Assembly (NCBI GenBank): GCA_051294905.1
Contig: CM119371.1
Location: 19,160,001 to 19,224,000 of the forward strand
Origin: Botryllus schlosseri
Taxonomy: Eukaryota
Direction: 5' to 3'
DNA length: 64,000 nt
Program-made: the position numbers and the translations under genes
Part shown: positions 1 through 13,048 of the stretch, piece after piece
How positions within the stretch are numbered: position 1 is the stretch's first letter
Layout of the letters: the number at the start of each line of letters is the position of its first letter
The notes under the pieces: generated by a model
Database searches by the model: none
Seen by the model: the letters and a program-made list of their open reading frames with translations, nothing else
What the model was told of the DNA's origin: nothing

Positions 1-432
1 ACCACCTCTCTAGCTATACGCCTGCGTCGAACACTTTTTGATAGTGGTCAAGTGATGAAAATTACCATCTCAAGTACTGTTGTAGTTGACTCCGCTTATT
101 TCAGAAACTTTCGCTTGAATGAAGCGAAAAATCAATCGTTCGTTTCATTGTCATGCATGCATGCAGACAAGACATCAAAAATACTATAAACTGTACTGTC
201 TGGTGATAAATGAATTGCAGCTGCACTACATTACAGTAAACGCATAAGACGCATAAGAGTTGTACGTCAGGTTAGTTGTATTGTAAAATATTGCAATACC
301 AAGGGTCTCAATAAATTATAAATATCTAATTACTGTGTAACAGACATAACATAAATAAGGTTAAAACAGTAGCCCACAGCAATTATTTAACTACAGTATT
401 AATCCAGGCACCCAACGGCTGAAAGAGGTTCT

Positions 433-590
433 GTAAGCCGGGATAACTTTGGACAATTTTCAACAATTCTGATTTGTATCTTGGTAATGCAAGGGTGTAG
501 GGGAGGCAAGTTTTGTGTTTTCCAGGGGTCATGGAGCAAAGATTAGAATTACCTTATCCAAAATCATCATGGTCATAAATAAGTACCGTA
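433..590 (+). mobile_element. Left-end fragment of the pogo/Tc1-like MITE that is full length at 54780-56077
   Basis: Close match to 54781-54935 (…GATAACTTTGGACAATTTTCAACAATTC…GGTCATAAATAAGTACC). It is cut off by a different element starting TACCGTAATTTTCC. Confidence 0.75.
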
Positions 591-960
591 ATTTTCCAAG
601 TATAGTACTCCCCCCTATGTATAATACGCACCCTTAACATAGCATGTATATTCTGGGAAAAAGCCTGTACCCATGTATAGTACGCACCCTGCATTTCAGT
701 ACATGAATAGTTCCGATTTCGTATAAGATGCTATTCTGTTTTGCGATGTCACTCTTGAACAATCATTACACAAAAACGCTAATCATTATACAATTAGCGG
801 GATTGTCTTTAAACGATAGTAGATAGCAGCCAAAGCCTGCGATGCGGGCGGCGCGATAGTTCAGACTAGCGAAACGAAATCTTGAGCACGAGGAGATGTG
901 ATTGCTAATCATTATACAATTAACGGTATTCTCCCTAAACGATAGTAGATAGCAGCCTGA
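586..960 (+). mobile_element. TA/CCGTA-ended (pogo-like) non-autonomous element fragment; second copy at ~25753-26620
   Basis: Both copies start TA|CCGTAATTTTCC and share TTCTGGGAAAAAGCCTGTACCCATGTATAGTACGCA and an internal repeat (ATCATTATACAATTAACGG…TAGCAGCC). Confidence 0.65.
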
Positions 961-983
961 TATATCAGGTGAGAATTGAAGAT

Positions 984-1200
984 TCCCTGTGAGCACAGGC
1001 GATTTTAGTGTGAGACAATCTCGTTACCTGTGAGACACTGACGATTTTGCTGTGAGACTATCTCGACACAGGTGATTCTGCTGTGAGACAATCTCGTTCC
1101 CTGTGAGACACCGAGGATTTTCCTGCGAGAAAATCACCATTGCCAATAAGAAATACATAGGCCACCCGCACAATAGCGATTTTCTCACAGGAAAATCCTC
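984..1200. repeat. Degenerate tandem array of ~20/41-bp units (CTGTGAGACA…GATTTT…CTGTGAGACAATCTCG) followed by a short inverted copy
   Basis: Repeated TGTGAGAC units at 985-1130. The inverted copy GCGATTTTCTCACAGGAAAATCCTC lies at ~1176-1200. Confidence 0.7.
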
Positions 1201-2522
1201 CCTATCAATTTTTGTCGAGAGTGATCTTCAAGAAAAACTATAGAGAGAATAGCGTGGGTAAGACAAGCAGTGAGCAAGAGCCTCCCTGCCAGGTGAGCAC
1301 GGGGCGCCAATTCATGAGGAACATTGTGAGCAGTGAAAAAGGCATCCGGCAAGCCGTCAGGTGAGCACCTGCCACCGATTCCAAACGGGATCACATTGGC
1401 TGAGAAAGGATAAATGCTTGATATAAATATGTAAAACTACTAATATTAATAACGAAGGTTAGTCATTCTGAAATTTATCAGGCCAGGCGTGACCATTACG
1501 TTTCCTATTAAGCTATTCATAACATGACCGCTCGCCATTTCAGAGCGTATGATGCATATGAATAAATAGGTGAGTCCAGAGGGCCAGTTTAACATGGATA
1601 TTTTGCGTCCAGTTAATTCATCACGACCATGTCCTGGAATGCAGTCGTAGGCTATATGAAAAATCGAAATGAGGCCATGAATAACAAAAGGGTTGCCGAC
1701 CCCTGATATAGGCCTACTAAATTTGGTAACGCTAATGTGACATTATAGCAAAATTAGGTTATAAGAGAAAAGTATTTATTGTTTTGTATAACTAGGGGGA
1801 GAACTGGGATTTTAAATTTCTCGCTATTTCTTTAAATCCTGCTTCTTAAGTGGTAAGATTGGGTCAAAGGCGGTGGTGATGGTTTCACTGACAATGACAA
1901 TAATATGTAAGACTCTTACAGATACGACATTCATTCTTCATAAAGATCATGTTTGAAAACGGTGACTCGTAGCTGCAACTATAGAGCCCGACATTGCCAG
2001 AATTTGCACTGCTAATTTTATGCAAATAAACAGTGATGAAAATTTATTTGTTAAAAAGCATGTATTACTAAGCAGGACTAAAAGCAGTGGTAGTTTTTGC
2101 AATAAATTGGGCGTGACGGAAGAGTTTCTTGCATAGAATGATGAACTCATCAAATATTTACCTATTCTATGCAAGTAATCCTTCTGTCACGCGAAATTTA
2201 TTGTCAAAAACAACCGCGGAGGCGGATTACAGTCTGGCGAGTCTGGCCTGACCTACCTACGCTGTCATCGAATGATGTGAATCGGATTATCCTGATCAAA
2301 ATCGATCAATGAACGATAGCTGCATTATGGCTATGTAACTGATATACTCATCTGAGATCTGATTAGCTGACACGAGCAAGAATTTCTCTAAAATACGTAT
2401 ACAAGTTACACCTTTGACAGGGAAGAACACGTGAACATCATTTCATTCCGCAAGCTAAAGCTACCAAGCTGCGCTTTCGCTCAACGCTTGTTTCCTTGTA
2501 GGGAAAGCCCCGAAGTAATCCG

Positions 2523-3029
2523 CAGTGATGAGCATCGGAGTGGAGTCGGAGTTGATTCGGAGCGGAGTTTTGCCAATTTTGTGACAGTCGGAGCGGAGTC
2601 GGAGTTTACTACAGATATTTGTTCGGAGAATTTCGGAGTATTGTAACTTTTGTCTCTGATATATTTGACCAGAATACACTATTGACTATGATTACAAACC
2701 AAAACACAGACAGTTGACACCTGGTAAAGTTGTAATATGACGGGTAACATGCAATAATGATTGCTAAGTGCATAAAAACCAGCCATCTGCACTGCAATTG
2801 AGGACTGGAGAGTAAATAATACTATGAGGCCAACCATATTATCACATGTACCATGTTGTACCATGTGTACCATGTACCATGCTTGCCACTGTTTCGGATA
2901 CTTGACGAGATTCGTCGGAGTATCTCGGAGTCTGGGATTGAGCTCTTCGGAGTCGGAGGGAGTTTTACTCAGACACTAAAGTTGTCGGAGGGATTCGGAG
3001 TTTCGAAAAGCACTATCCGCTCATCACTG
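2523..3029. mobile_element. hAT-type MITE with subterminal TCGGAG repeats
   Basis: TIR CAGTGATGAGC…GCTCATCACTG. Perfect 8-bp TSD GTAATCCG (2515-2522 / 3030-3037). Confidence 0.9.
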
Positions 3030-3203
3030 GTAATCCGTCAGGCATTAGCGCCGTCTAGCGTCCAACGTCCAACGAAAATAAACAACTGCTGCGGGAAGAA
3101 AAATATTCGTGTTCGACAGTTCTATTAATATTATCTGATGAAGTTATGAATCAGTACCGTCCTGTCTACACCTTATGATCCGTCTCTATACTTCATAATA
3201 TCA

Positions 3204-3575
3204 TAGGGTTATCGGACGACCTGTTTTAGGACGATTTGTCCTCTTTTTTGAAAGTGGTTCCGGGGGACGCCTAAATGTCCTCTTTTTTTGAGAATTTGTC
3301 CTCTTTTTTGAAAATTCTGATTCAATGTACGTGCCAATTGGACTGAGATTTAGGTAGTCAGCGCTCAAATAACGGTCTGGCTGACATTTTCGGGACTTGA
3401 GCCAGAAAATGACATTTTTAGCAACCAACGGAAGAAGATGTGATATAAGTCGGTATTTAGGGATTTGGGGCGGAAAGATGACTTTTTTTAGTCAACCAAC
3501 CAACCACAAATTTACTCCAGCATTGTAAATCTGAAAATTTTCAAAAAGTGTCCTATTTTCAGATTCGCAATCCTA
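3204..3575. mobile_element. TAGGGTT-ended MITE with GTCCTC(T) repeats (degenerate)
   Basis: Similar to 48625-48887 and to ~57115-57230 (GGACGCCTAAATGTCCTC core). Confidence 0.6.
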
Positions 3576-3962
3576 ATATCAGCTCAATTCAAACTCAGTA
3601 GATCTGTTCATACAGCGAGCAACGTATCTCAATACACAGCGAGGAATCGGTTCAAAATCAATACACCGAAGCATCAGAACATTAATAACAGCAGGCAGCA
3701 TTTTTTTTTCTTTCAAAAATCATGATGCGTGAGATCGATTAAGAGGTACATTATGGGCGCTGAGTCTACGAACGGTATTACTTTTGCCGAGTTATTGCCT
3801 CTTCCTGGGTCTGGATATTGGGTAATATAGGTTAACTCGCGCTTGAAGAGGTGAATATGGTCTTGGATTAGTTTATATCATCTCCCATGTTGTACCAACA
3901 TGTGCGTTGTAGTGCACTGATAAAGCAATAATTAGTTTTATCCTGAAAATTATCATTTAGAG

Positions 3963-5318
3963 CAGGGGTTCTCAACACGCGGCCCGCGACATCTTCCATC
4001 ATGAACGCAATTATTAGTGGCACGGTATTGTTATATATCAATTTAGCTACTTGGCTCTCTTATCACACCGTCTCTCTTTCATTTAATTACTCATTCTTTG
4101 ATGTGTTGATGCTTCCTAGTACATCTTTTTAAATAATGTTCCACTCACCCCGAATGATTTGAACAGAAACAAGAACAAGGAACGGGGAATTAAACGTCGG
4201 AAACTGGGTTTGTAACTCTGTGCGCAACAATTAATTTGCTTTCTGGGATATAAACGGTAAGCCAATGTGTCAGATTTGTCGAAGAACACTTGTAGTAAAG
4301 AAGGGTTGAAGCTTACAATGGTACCACGACAGTTTCTTCTGGAGTTATACATATCACCTGATGTTAGAAAAAACGCTGCTACGCAGGTGTCAAACCAAGC
4401 AATTCAAATTTCGAGACATTGTTAAAATTGCCGACGACGTTACAGACGCATCGTTCAAAATTGATTGGAATATCGCTAAACCAAAGAAATCTGCTAGAGA
4501 AGGTGTATTTCAATAACACTTTAACATACTGTGGGAATATTCGCTGTTTCCGGCGCTTAACACCAAGGACAACATCACCTGACAAATTTCGACGCTACAA
4601 TTGTCTGATTCAACCGTGACCAGATGAGTAAAAGCAATGTCAGTCGATCTTTTACCGCATGTTCTGGAACACGTTGCCGCGAAGACTACTCTAGCCTAGC
4701 ATTGGACTAATCCACTGGCTCCACATACATCGCAGAGCTAATTAGCTGGGTGCATTTATCAGAGTGGGCATATTTGCAGACGAAATGCTGGCGGGGAAAA
4801 AGTGGGGAGGGACCAGCGAAAAACAGCAACTTGATAAAGCTGACTTTTGTAACTATGGAATGAAAGGAGAAGGGTTGATTGCTTTGCTCAGAAATGACCG
4901 CTCATATATTTGCGAGCTTAAAGTGATAATTGCCTCAGTACCGAAAAAGTGACAGTAATTTAATGCTTGCTCGCTCACGCTTTGAAACAGAGAGTTCGGT
5001 TCTCTGGTGGAAGCGTTCGAAATATCATATAACGACTTGGTAACGAATGCAATGTACACTCCATGAAAGGAGTTACTTGCGCCCCTGGAAGATACTTATT
5101 CTCACAAAAATACAGCAACTGCAAACTTACGATCGCCGCCCATCAATGCTTTGGAATTCATAAAAATGTCCTAAATGTCCGTATACGATTGGTAGATAGG
5201 CTACAGAAGCCCGGATTTAATAGTAGCCAAAAAATACAAGGTAATAATGTTCTGCGGCCCGCAGCTTCATTTGCTGTTGAAATGCGGCCCGTTATACAAC
5301 GGAAGTTGAGAACCCCTG
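3963..5318 (+). mobile_element. Internally deleted hAT (Charlie/SPIN-like) element with a decayed transposase
   Basis: TIR CAGGGGTTCTCAAC…GTTGAGAACCCCTG. Perfect TSD ATTTAGAG. Remnant motifs KPMCQIC (~4260) and YSLALD*ST (~4690, DEST-like). Confidence 0.85.
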
Positions 5319-5960
5319 ATTTAGAGACTATTTTTCCGACAGATTACGTCACTTACCACCCCCTCATTTAAGCTACAGAATGAGTCAAATGACACTTATC
5401 TTTCATCACCGATGATTAGTTGGCTCAGTTTAACATGCTTTCGGACGTATTTTAATATTAGATGCTGTCCCATGCTAACATTTTTAGAAATTTCAATTGG
5501 GTGTTTTATTAATATGTTGAAAATTGAGTGATAGCTAAACAGAGAAAGTGTCGTCATGACCTAGATTTGTTTTGCTACATATGTTACGAGAACACGTTGA
5601 ACATGTAGCGATTCTATAAGTCAAATGTCACCAAGTGCACTTACAAGGAGTAGGCCTACTTTGGAATGAGGTTGAGAGATCAAGTTATAAACGCCAGGCA
5701 GCGCAAACGGTCCACCAGCTGAAAATTCGCGCTTATGGACAATTTGCGATCCCCATAGCATAGTGCGAGTCAAGGTACGAACCATTGATGATTGATATTT
5801 TTACCTGAATGAGATGTAAGGTTGGAACAAAAACAAGAAGTGATAGCACTTCTTAAACAATGACACTCTGCTTTACACCCAATTACCCATTCCCCCGGAA
5901 TTCCAGTTGCAGTTTCACATCCCTGCCAGATATGATTTCGAATGATGCTACGATAGAGAA

Positions 5961-7547
5961 CAGTGGTTCCCAACGTGGGCGATATCGCCCCCCAGGGGGC
6001 GATTTGTCGGTCCAGGGGGGGCGAAAATAGCCAAGGGGGCGATAGGGGGGCGAAAACGGACGGAGGGGGCGATGGCGCGTTGAAATGGCTATATTGGCGT
6101 CCATGACCGTAACTGCCACACCCAAACCCCCCAATTGGGATGGGGGACCCAAGCTTGAAGGGGGCCCACAATTTTTTCGTGAATTAACAATAACTTTGGA
6201 GTATTATTTTAAAAATTTAGGCAACTTTTTCAAAACGTTTCGGGCTGCGCGCCATTGCGTATCACATATTTATTGCTTATTGGATACCCTTCCCCCAGGA
6301 AGTAATACGCATGAGGTATAAAAATGGGCATCTCGGCGTCAGCCATTGTCACACCATGACGCACCAAGACATATGAAGTTTCAGGCCATGTAACATGCGA
6401 CTCCGAGAAGTGTGCAAAAACGAGAAAACCTTGGCGGAAAAGGACTCCCTTTATGCTGACCGAATTCGATAAATATACGATATACATCGATATTTAATTG
6501 TCCAAAGGCACCTAAATGGCAGGGGCCAAATGTTTCTGTCTTGCCTATCAGAACCCTGCAAAAATTATGCCATCTCGCAGAGAAAAATTAATTGCCAGTG
6601 CAGAAATACCAATTTGAAATCGTGTGCGTCTTTTAGTCTAGTTGTATGGGCGATTTGAATATCTTTTGACATATCAGACAGGCAACGAAATGTCATTACG
6701 TAACGTCATTATACCCACGGGTCCGCCCGAATATGTTCAATCATTATTCACGGGCCCTACATTTTCCAAGACACCTCACTCAGCTTTATCGGTAAATCTG
6801 AATACATGACCTATCGATCTCGCTTCCCATGACATGCCGCCCTATTTCTTGTCGCATTCTTCTTCCATACTATCTTCTTTACTTTCATTCAGTGTGCATG
6901 CCTCCTCTTTACATCGCCTAGGCCAAGGTGGGTGTCAGATTCCATAGACTACTCCTTGTCGCTTCGACATCTTCCTGTCTTTTCATTGTATCGCATTTTT
7001 GTGGTGTATTGAACTGATAAAATTGCTAATAAACCAATGATGATGATGATGATGAGCAGAGAGAGTATAAAAAATTGACAGCAATATATATGCAATTCCC
7101 GATCATATTGACCGATTCAATCATGAATGATAGCAATTTTTTGCGCTTCGCGCGAATTAAGCCGACTAACTAAAGAGTCAAAGAATTTGTGCTGAGAAGT
7201 AGCGGTAAAGAGGTATCGGCGGAGTTTGATCTGCGGGATGCATAAGTTTGCTTTATCGCCCTGTGGAGCGGGCTCAAGACCAACGTATTGGGGCGGGGGG
7301 CTGACGAAGTGCTGTTACGGTACTTTTGGATTGAAGTCAGAGAAATCTCCTTTTTTAGTCAACTCACCAAAATTTAGCTGGAAAAGTGTAATTTCGAGGT
7401 CGAGCCGAGAAGTTGACCTTTTTTCTTAGTCAACTCGCCGGTTATTTCAGTCTGTATGCCCATTTTCCGTTCCCAATATTTGGGGGGCTATGATCGGTTT
7501 GGAGTTTGAAAAGGGGGCGATGAGCCGAAAAAGGTTGGGAACCACTG
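5961..7547. mobile_element. hAT-type non-autonomous element with GGGGGCGA subterminal repeats
   Basis: TIR CAGTGGTTCCCAAC…GTTGGGAACCACTG. 8-bp TSD ATAGAGAA/ATATAGAA (1 mismatch). Confidence 0.85.
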
Positions 7548-8439
7548 ATATAGAACGTAGTGGAAGATGTAGATTGCACTAGTATATGCTGTAGAAAATC
7601 CATTACCACCGTCTACTCAACATTATTATCACAAATACAGAGTGAAACAACGCCATTTACTCGAGATCAGCTAAACAACGAAGGTCTTGACTTATATTGA
7701 GACGACAAAAAATAAACAAACTATGGGGATAACGTGGGGGTGATGTTCACGAACGTTCTTTGGTCAAGGATAAGCATCAAGCAGGATCATAAACGTTCAG
7801 TATCATCGCTTCCCCCAAACAAGCGGGAAGTATGAGTGAAGAACGAGGTGGAAGGTTTCTCCTATAAATCAAATAAATGGGAGAGGAATATCAAGATAGT
7901 TAGGATGCTCACAGTATGGCTGATTACTCCCAGCTGCCTATTGCGAATCCGTCCCCATCGAAATCGTATAAGAGGACTTTCGTGCAGATGACTTCAAGCT
8001 AATTTGAGTTAATAATAGGAGTTATATCTAAGAACTTCACTAATGCACATCCCGATATTGATTTATTTCTACGCGAAGATTTGAATACTGCAGCAGACCT
8101 TTAATGCAATGTCCCCAGTTAACGCCGGGTGTCTGTTATGAAGGAAATATACTGTGATTGTAGTACTAGGAGGAGTTGACCATATCATGACAAATATTAG
8201 AAATTTATTTATTCTAGTGTTGCGCAAGCTTAGTCAATATTCATCATTGTTACGCCAAACATAAGTCCTAGCTATGGTTCTGCCTTTTTCCTATCGCTAG
8301 AACTTTACGATTGTTCCTATTGGCTTAAACGCTACAATTACATGCATTGTTACGCATTTTCTGGTATAAAAACCCAAGTTTATCTCAAGTCGGCCCTTGA
8401 GACTTCAGATTCATCCACGAACGGTACGTATCTCTTCTG

Positions 8440-8661
8440 CAATACATTCGACCGAGTGAGAGAGAGATATGATATTCTTTCTCGCCTGCACCATCGAGAT
8501 GCTTTGGCGACGGAGTTGCGATACGGCCCCATGAGGTCTAGTCTGCGCCCCCGTTTTTTTTTCTCCGGCTGAGCTGCGGATACCATTTTTCGAGTCTTTT
8601 CGAACCCACGACCTACCGCTCGAAAAGCCGGACGCATAACCATTACACTATCTCGCTCGGT
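8440..8661 (-). mobile_element. tRNA-derived SINE copy
   Basis: The minus strand reads ACCGAGCGAGATAGTGTAATGG (A-box-like) … GGGTTCGAA (B-box-like), followed by a non-tRNA body. 3' end approximate. Confidence 0.6.
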
Positions 8662-10954
8662 GAACATGTGAGTTAAGGAATCACTGCCTAAGACAGCCAG
8701 TCGCCAGCTCAGCTACGTGGCTCCAGCTCGACACACACCCCTTCTGTTACAATACTCATTGATTAACAAAAATATTGCTTGTTCGTTTATTTTGTCCGTA
8801 TGTTTTCAAATTGTCGTCTTTTTGTAGGTTCAGGCATTGCAGTTGCTCGGCAACTTAAGGGTTTAAGTTAATAAACAACCAACCAATAATTAGCATGGAG
8901 CTTATTATAATTACATCACGTACTACACATCAAGCATGCTTTAGTAAATACTAATGACGTAATATTTCACGTAGTCACTCTCTCGTTCGAGAGACTGCAA
9001 AACAGTGGAGTCTCTCTCATATCAGATGAGACTCATTTTACGCTACCTACGGTAAACATCGACGAATAAATCCTGTATTGAGCAATCTCTTGGTTCAAGA
9101 ACTTACTACAGAGTTGACGTTCAAGTTAAGTATAGCGCAGCAATTACCTACAATACACAGGTTACGCTACTTTGCTACTTCAGGACGACACTGCAGCATA
9201 CATGGTTTGTTATTACCTAATTACAGCTATTTGTTGTTTACTTCGAACACATTGATCGGTATAGGAAGCTTATTGTAGCAAAATATATTACGATAATCCA
9301 AGGATATCTAGAAGTTCTTGGTATCCCTGCGAGAATCCTATGAAAACACGAATAAATAAGACATTTTTGTGTTCGATATCTGGAAAAGAATAGATTTATT
9401 CAGCAGTTTCATTCCGCCTATCTAATTTCTCACATGCTCGTAGTTTCAGTACAGATGGACCTACTAAAACATTAATTATAGGCTGTTCGAATAAAATGTA
9501 TCCTAGTTTGAACAAAGTAAAATAATGTCCAAATTCAGTGGTATCTTGAAAAATAGAGTGAACTCGCAGAAACCAATGCCATTTTCGAGCTCAGCGCCCC
9601 CGATTTACCCGGAAAACGTTCCCAGCTACCATGATGAATTTTTTTGTTGTCTAGTGTAATTTTCATTCGGACGTACCCGGGAAAACCAGAGCACTTTCAA
9701 GATTAATCATCGTCACTCATACCGGGAGATTTATGGTTAGCGAAGAAAGTTACAAAATATTCCGAAAACTATGGTATGGTTCTCGATTCGTTTTTACTCT
9801 CGCTGTTTGTTGACACTAAGTGGATACTCCACGTTTTATGACTTTCGCTTGATATGAAACCGCGTTTCACATCGTTAATTCGAGTACACAAATTTGAAAC
9901 GCTGTCGATGTCAAACCGCCCAAAATAAAATTTGGAAATACCCAATAAAAGCAATTTTTGGCTAAAAATAACACTGCCTGTGCCAAAGGCATCCTTGACA
10001 TATGGTAAAACTATCATTATGTAGATGTTTATCGAAGTCGTGCCTGGCGATTGCAGTATGGACTCTTACTTCAATGGTTCACGAATCCAATTTTCTTGTC
10101 TAGCCCCGACATCTGAGCTAGGAGTGAAACTGAGTATGCGGCAATATCATTGGCAAAGAAGCTTCTGGCAATGTTCAAGGTTGTGGTTCACATCAACAAA
10201 TATTTACTTGGCTAACTACATTCATAATCTCCCTTCAATCCGTTGACTTGATATCTACCGGCAGTAGTTTTAGCATGCCCTGGAAGTCGCTTATTCTATA
10301 CCTATTTAACGCAGAGCGAACGTTTGTAGTTGTTATAATTGTATATCTGACTCCAAGAAGGTTGCGTTTACAATTCGCTGCGTGTTTCTTCTTCCGTTCG
10401 ACGGACCGGCCTTGTTGGCTGACGTACCACGAAGCCTGTCTATTGCACACGTATTCGATGGATCACACTGACGAATATATTTTGTTTCCGTCTCCCCGAC
10501 TTGTAACTTTATTGAATGTCACGTACGGTTCAAAATGCAATATATATTTCTCGCAATTAGCGAAGCACTTATAAATGTCTATCGACTTCCGAACTGGCTC
10601 ATAATCATGCATGTATATCGACTTCCTCACCAGCTAATAATCACCAACGAATGCATCAACGTCTCTACGTGGTATTACATGCACCAAACATCGTACGATT
10701 TATTTCCATTATTGAATATTATTAAAATGGCGTTATACCAATATATTTCGTTAAAACCTACTCGAGCATATCAATGGACTAATTCTGTATCCAGTACGAC
10801 ACTGTAATTATAGCGATCCCTTTCAAAATCAACGATTTATTTGCTAAATTCAAAGTCAAGTAGCGTTGCTGCATGTTCTAATGAGTAACACACTCCGCGC
10901 AATTCGCATAAGGTGCACAAACGTCGTTGCATTGACCACAAGATTCGAACACAT

Positions 10955-11335
10955 AAAAAACATCAAGTTTTCCAAGTAGTCAGCGATTAATGCAGCCAAC
11001 GCATATGAATTGACGAGCAACAAATTATATTAAACAATAGTTCGATATCTCAATTTCAATTTTGTCACATCATTAAGATGCCTATTCAATTTAGGTTTCC
11101 AATTAAATGCTTCCCCACAAACATTGCATTTATGGCTTTTGACACCAACATGCATAGTCATGTGTATTCTAAGGCAGTCCTCTGATGTGAATTCTTTCCC
11201 ACATACATCACATTTATGGATTGCGATACCAGGATGCGAACGAAGATGTCTATTTAAGTTATCTCTCAAAGTAAATCTTTTCCGACAAACATCGCGTTCA
11301 TGGTTTTCGACAGTAGCATGTACAGCCAGCTATTT
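10955..11335 (-). pseudogene. Degenerate tandem duplicate of the last ~3 zinc fingers plus 3' UTR of the ZF gene
   Basis: ORF 11030-11269 (NLNRHLRSH…CDVCGKEF…LRIHMTMH…KLNRHL) parallels the gene's terminal fingers. The downstream non-coding sequence also matches 11395-11490, and the last finger is broken. Confidence 0.8.
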
Positions 11336-11491
11336 GCATACTGCAGACAAACCGCAAATGTCATCGCATTGAGAAAAAGATTTAAACGCATCAGTAAAAA
11401 AACTTCAAGTTTTTCACATAGTGAGCAATTAATGTAGTCAACGTTCTTGAGAGCGACAAATTATATCCAAACATTGTTCGAAATCTCAATC

Positions 11492-13048
11492 TCAATTTTT
11501 GACACCAACATGAATACCAAGATGCCTATTCAATTTGGATTTGAAAATAAATCTTCTTCCACAAACATCGCATCTATGTCTTTTAACACCAACATGTATA
11601 GCCATGTGTATTCTAAGGTTATCATTTCCAGGGAATTCTTTCCCACATACTTCACATTTATGGATTTCGATACCAGCATGCGAACGAAGATGCCTATTCA
11701 AGTTGCATTTCAAAGTATATCTTTTCCCACAAATACCGCATTCATGGTTTTTGACACTGCCATGCACAGCCATGTGTGATTTGAGTCCACCTTTTCGCAT
11801 AAATTTTTTCCCACAAACACCACAAGTGTGATTTTCGACCCCAGCATGAATATCCATATGATGATTGAGATTACTAGTATGCTTGAATTCTTTCCCACAG
11901 ACTTCGCATTCATATGTTTTGACTTTGAAATGCATCTTCAAATGGGTATGGAGGTCTTTTTTTCGGACGAATTCTTTTCCGCAAACATCACATTCATAGC
12001 TTTTACCACTAGCATGCACAGCCATATGTCCCCTTAGGCCCATATTTTGTCTGAATTCTATCCCACAAACATCGCATTTATAATTTTTGGTGTCAGAGTG
12101 CAGAGCCATGTGTGACTTGAGGTAAACCTTTGTCATGAATTTTTTTCCACAAACCTCACATTTGCTGCCACCCGAATGCACTTCCATATGTGAATGGAGG
12201 CCATCGCTTTGCACGAATTCTTTCCCACAAACATCACATTTATGATTCTTGACATCATTGTGAATATGCATGTGGTTTTTCAGATTATACCTACGAAGAA
12301 ATTCTTTCCCGCAAACGTCACAGCTATGATTCTTGACACTGACATGCGTAGCCATGTGACTTCTCAGGTTACGTTTTAGCACAAATTCTTTCCCACAAAC
12401 ATCACATTTGCAGCTTATAACAGTAGAATGCACCGACATATGTAGACGGAGGCCGTCACTTTGCGCAAATTCTTCCCCACAAACATCACATTTATAATTC
12501 TTGACATCACAATGAATATCCATGTGATTTTTCAGCTTACTCCTGTTGGTAAATCCTTTCCCGCAAACTTCACAATTATGATTCTCGACACCAACATGCC
12601 AAGCCATGTGCCTCGTCAAGTTTCCTTTTCGCACAAATTCTTTCTCACAAACATCACATTTGTACCTTTCACCGCCAGCACGCTGAGCCTTGGGCAGCTC
12701 GAGGCCATAGTTTTGAGTGACGTCTTTTCCATAAGTAAGACATTTATCATCCTCATCCATGACACAAGAACGCATCTCAGTGTGTAAATTGAGGTCACCC
12801 TTCCGAGTATATTCTTTTCCACATACATCACAGTTATAGATTGTCATTCCGGCATGCATACTCTTATGAATAATGAGGCTGCACTTTTCAATGCCTTTAT
12901 CACGACGAATGTCGCATTGGTGATACTTTGTTTGACCATTTTTGCACGGAGCTTTCAAATTCGTGTTAGAATCAATTGAGAGTGATTCCCCGTACATCTC
13001 AATGCAGGCTGTTTGGTAACAGAGGAGATCAAAAACGAGTTCAATCAA
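11492..13048 (-). CDS. Tandem C2H2 zinc-finger protein, terminal exon (14 intact and ~3 degenerate fingers)
   Basis: 518-aa ORF with repeated CxxC-x12-HxxxH units and non-canonical linkers (e.g. VGVENHN, CDVKNYK). A probable splice acceptor (…AAACAG, minus strand) puts the exon start near 13008. Upstream exons not identified. Confidence 0.9.
   Translation of the reverse strand: MIELVFDLLCYQTACIEMYGESLSIDSNTNLKAPCKNGQTKYHQCDIRRDKGIEKCSLIIHKSMHAGMTIYNCDVCGKEYTRKGDLNLHTEMRSCVMDEDDKCLTYGKDVTQNYGLELPKAQRAGGERYKCDVCEKEFVRKGNLTRHMAWHVGVENHNCEVCGKGFTNRSKLKNHMDIHCDVKNYKCDVCGEEFAQSDGLRLHMSVHSTVISCKCDVCGKEFVLKRNLRSHMATHVSVKNHSCDVCGKEFLRRYNLKNHMHIHNDVKNHKCDVCGKEFVQSDGLHSHMEVHSGGSKCEVCGKKFMTKVYLKSHMALHSDTKNYKCDVCGIEFRQNMGLRGHMAVHASGKSYECDVCGKEFVRKKDLHTHLKMHFKVKTYECEVCGKEFKHTSNLNHHMDIHAGVENHTCGVCGKKFMRKGGLKSHMAVHGSVKNHECGICGKRYTLKCNLNRHLRSHAGIEIHKCEVCGKEFPGNDNLRIHMAIHVGVKRHRCDVCGRRFIFKSKLNRHLGIHVGVKN

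Larger units (their letters stand above)
3690..9657 (+). mobile_element. Chapaev3-like (CMC) transposon relic hosting several nested insertions
   Basis: Degenerate coding remnants at ~5545-5950 (FCY.C, YFG..L.DQ, FAIP.V.RE..NH..D.YF) continue at 7550-8150. The right end reads TTTTTTGTTGTCTAGTG|TAA. A degenerate inverted subterminal match (GGGCGCTGAG) links ~3715-3780 with ~9575-9640. Left boundary approximate. Confidence 0.55.

Noticed and set aside
984..1130. GTGAGAC heptamers identical to the P1 TSD
   Set aside because: They are part of a tandem unit with no adjoining P-type termini, so a link to the hotspot is unsupported.
8745..9110. Possible solo LTR (TGTTAC…AATAAA…TACA)
   Set aside because: No matching TSD, second LTR, PBS or retroelement ORF was found.
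11124..12831. Several short ORFs overlapping the ZF gene on the opposite strand or in other frames
   Set aside because: They are shadow frames of the periodic zinc-finger coding sequence.
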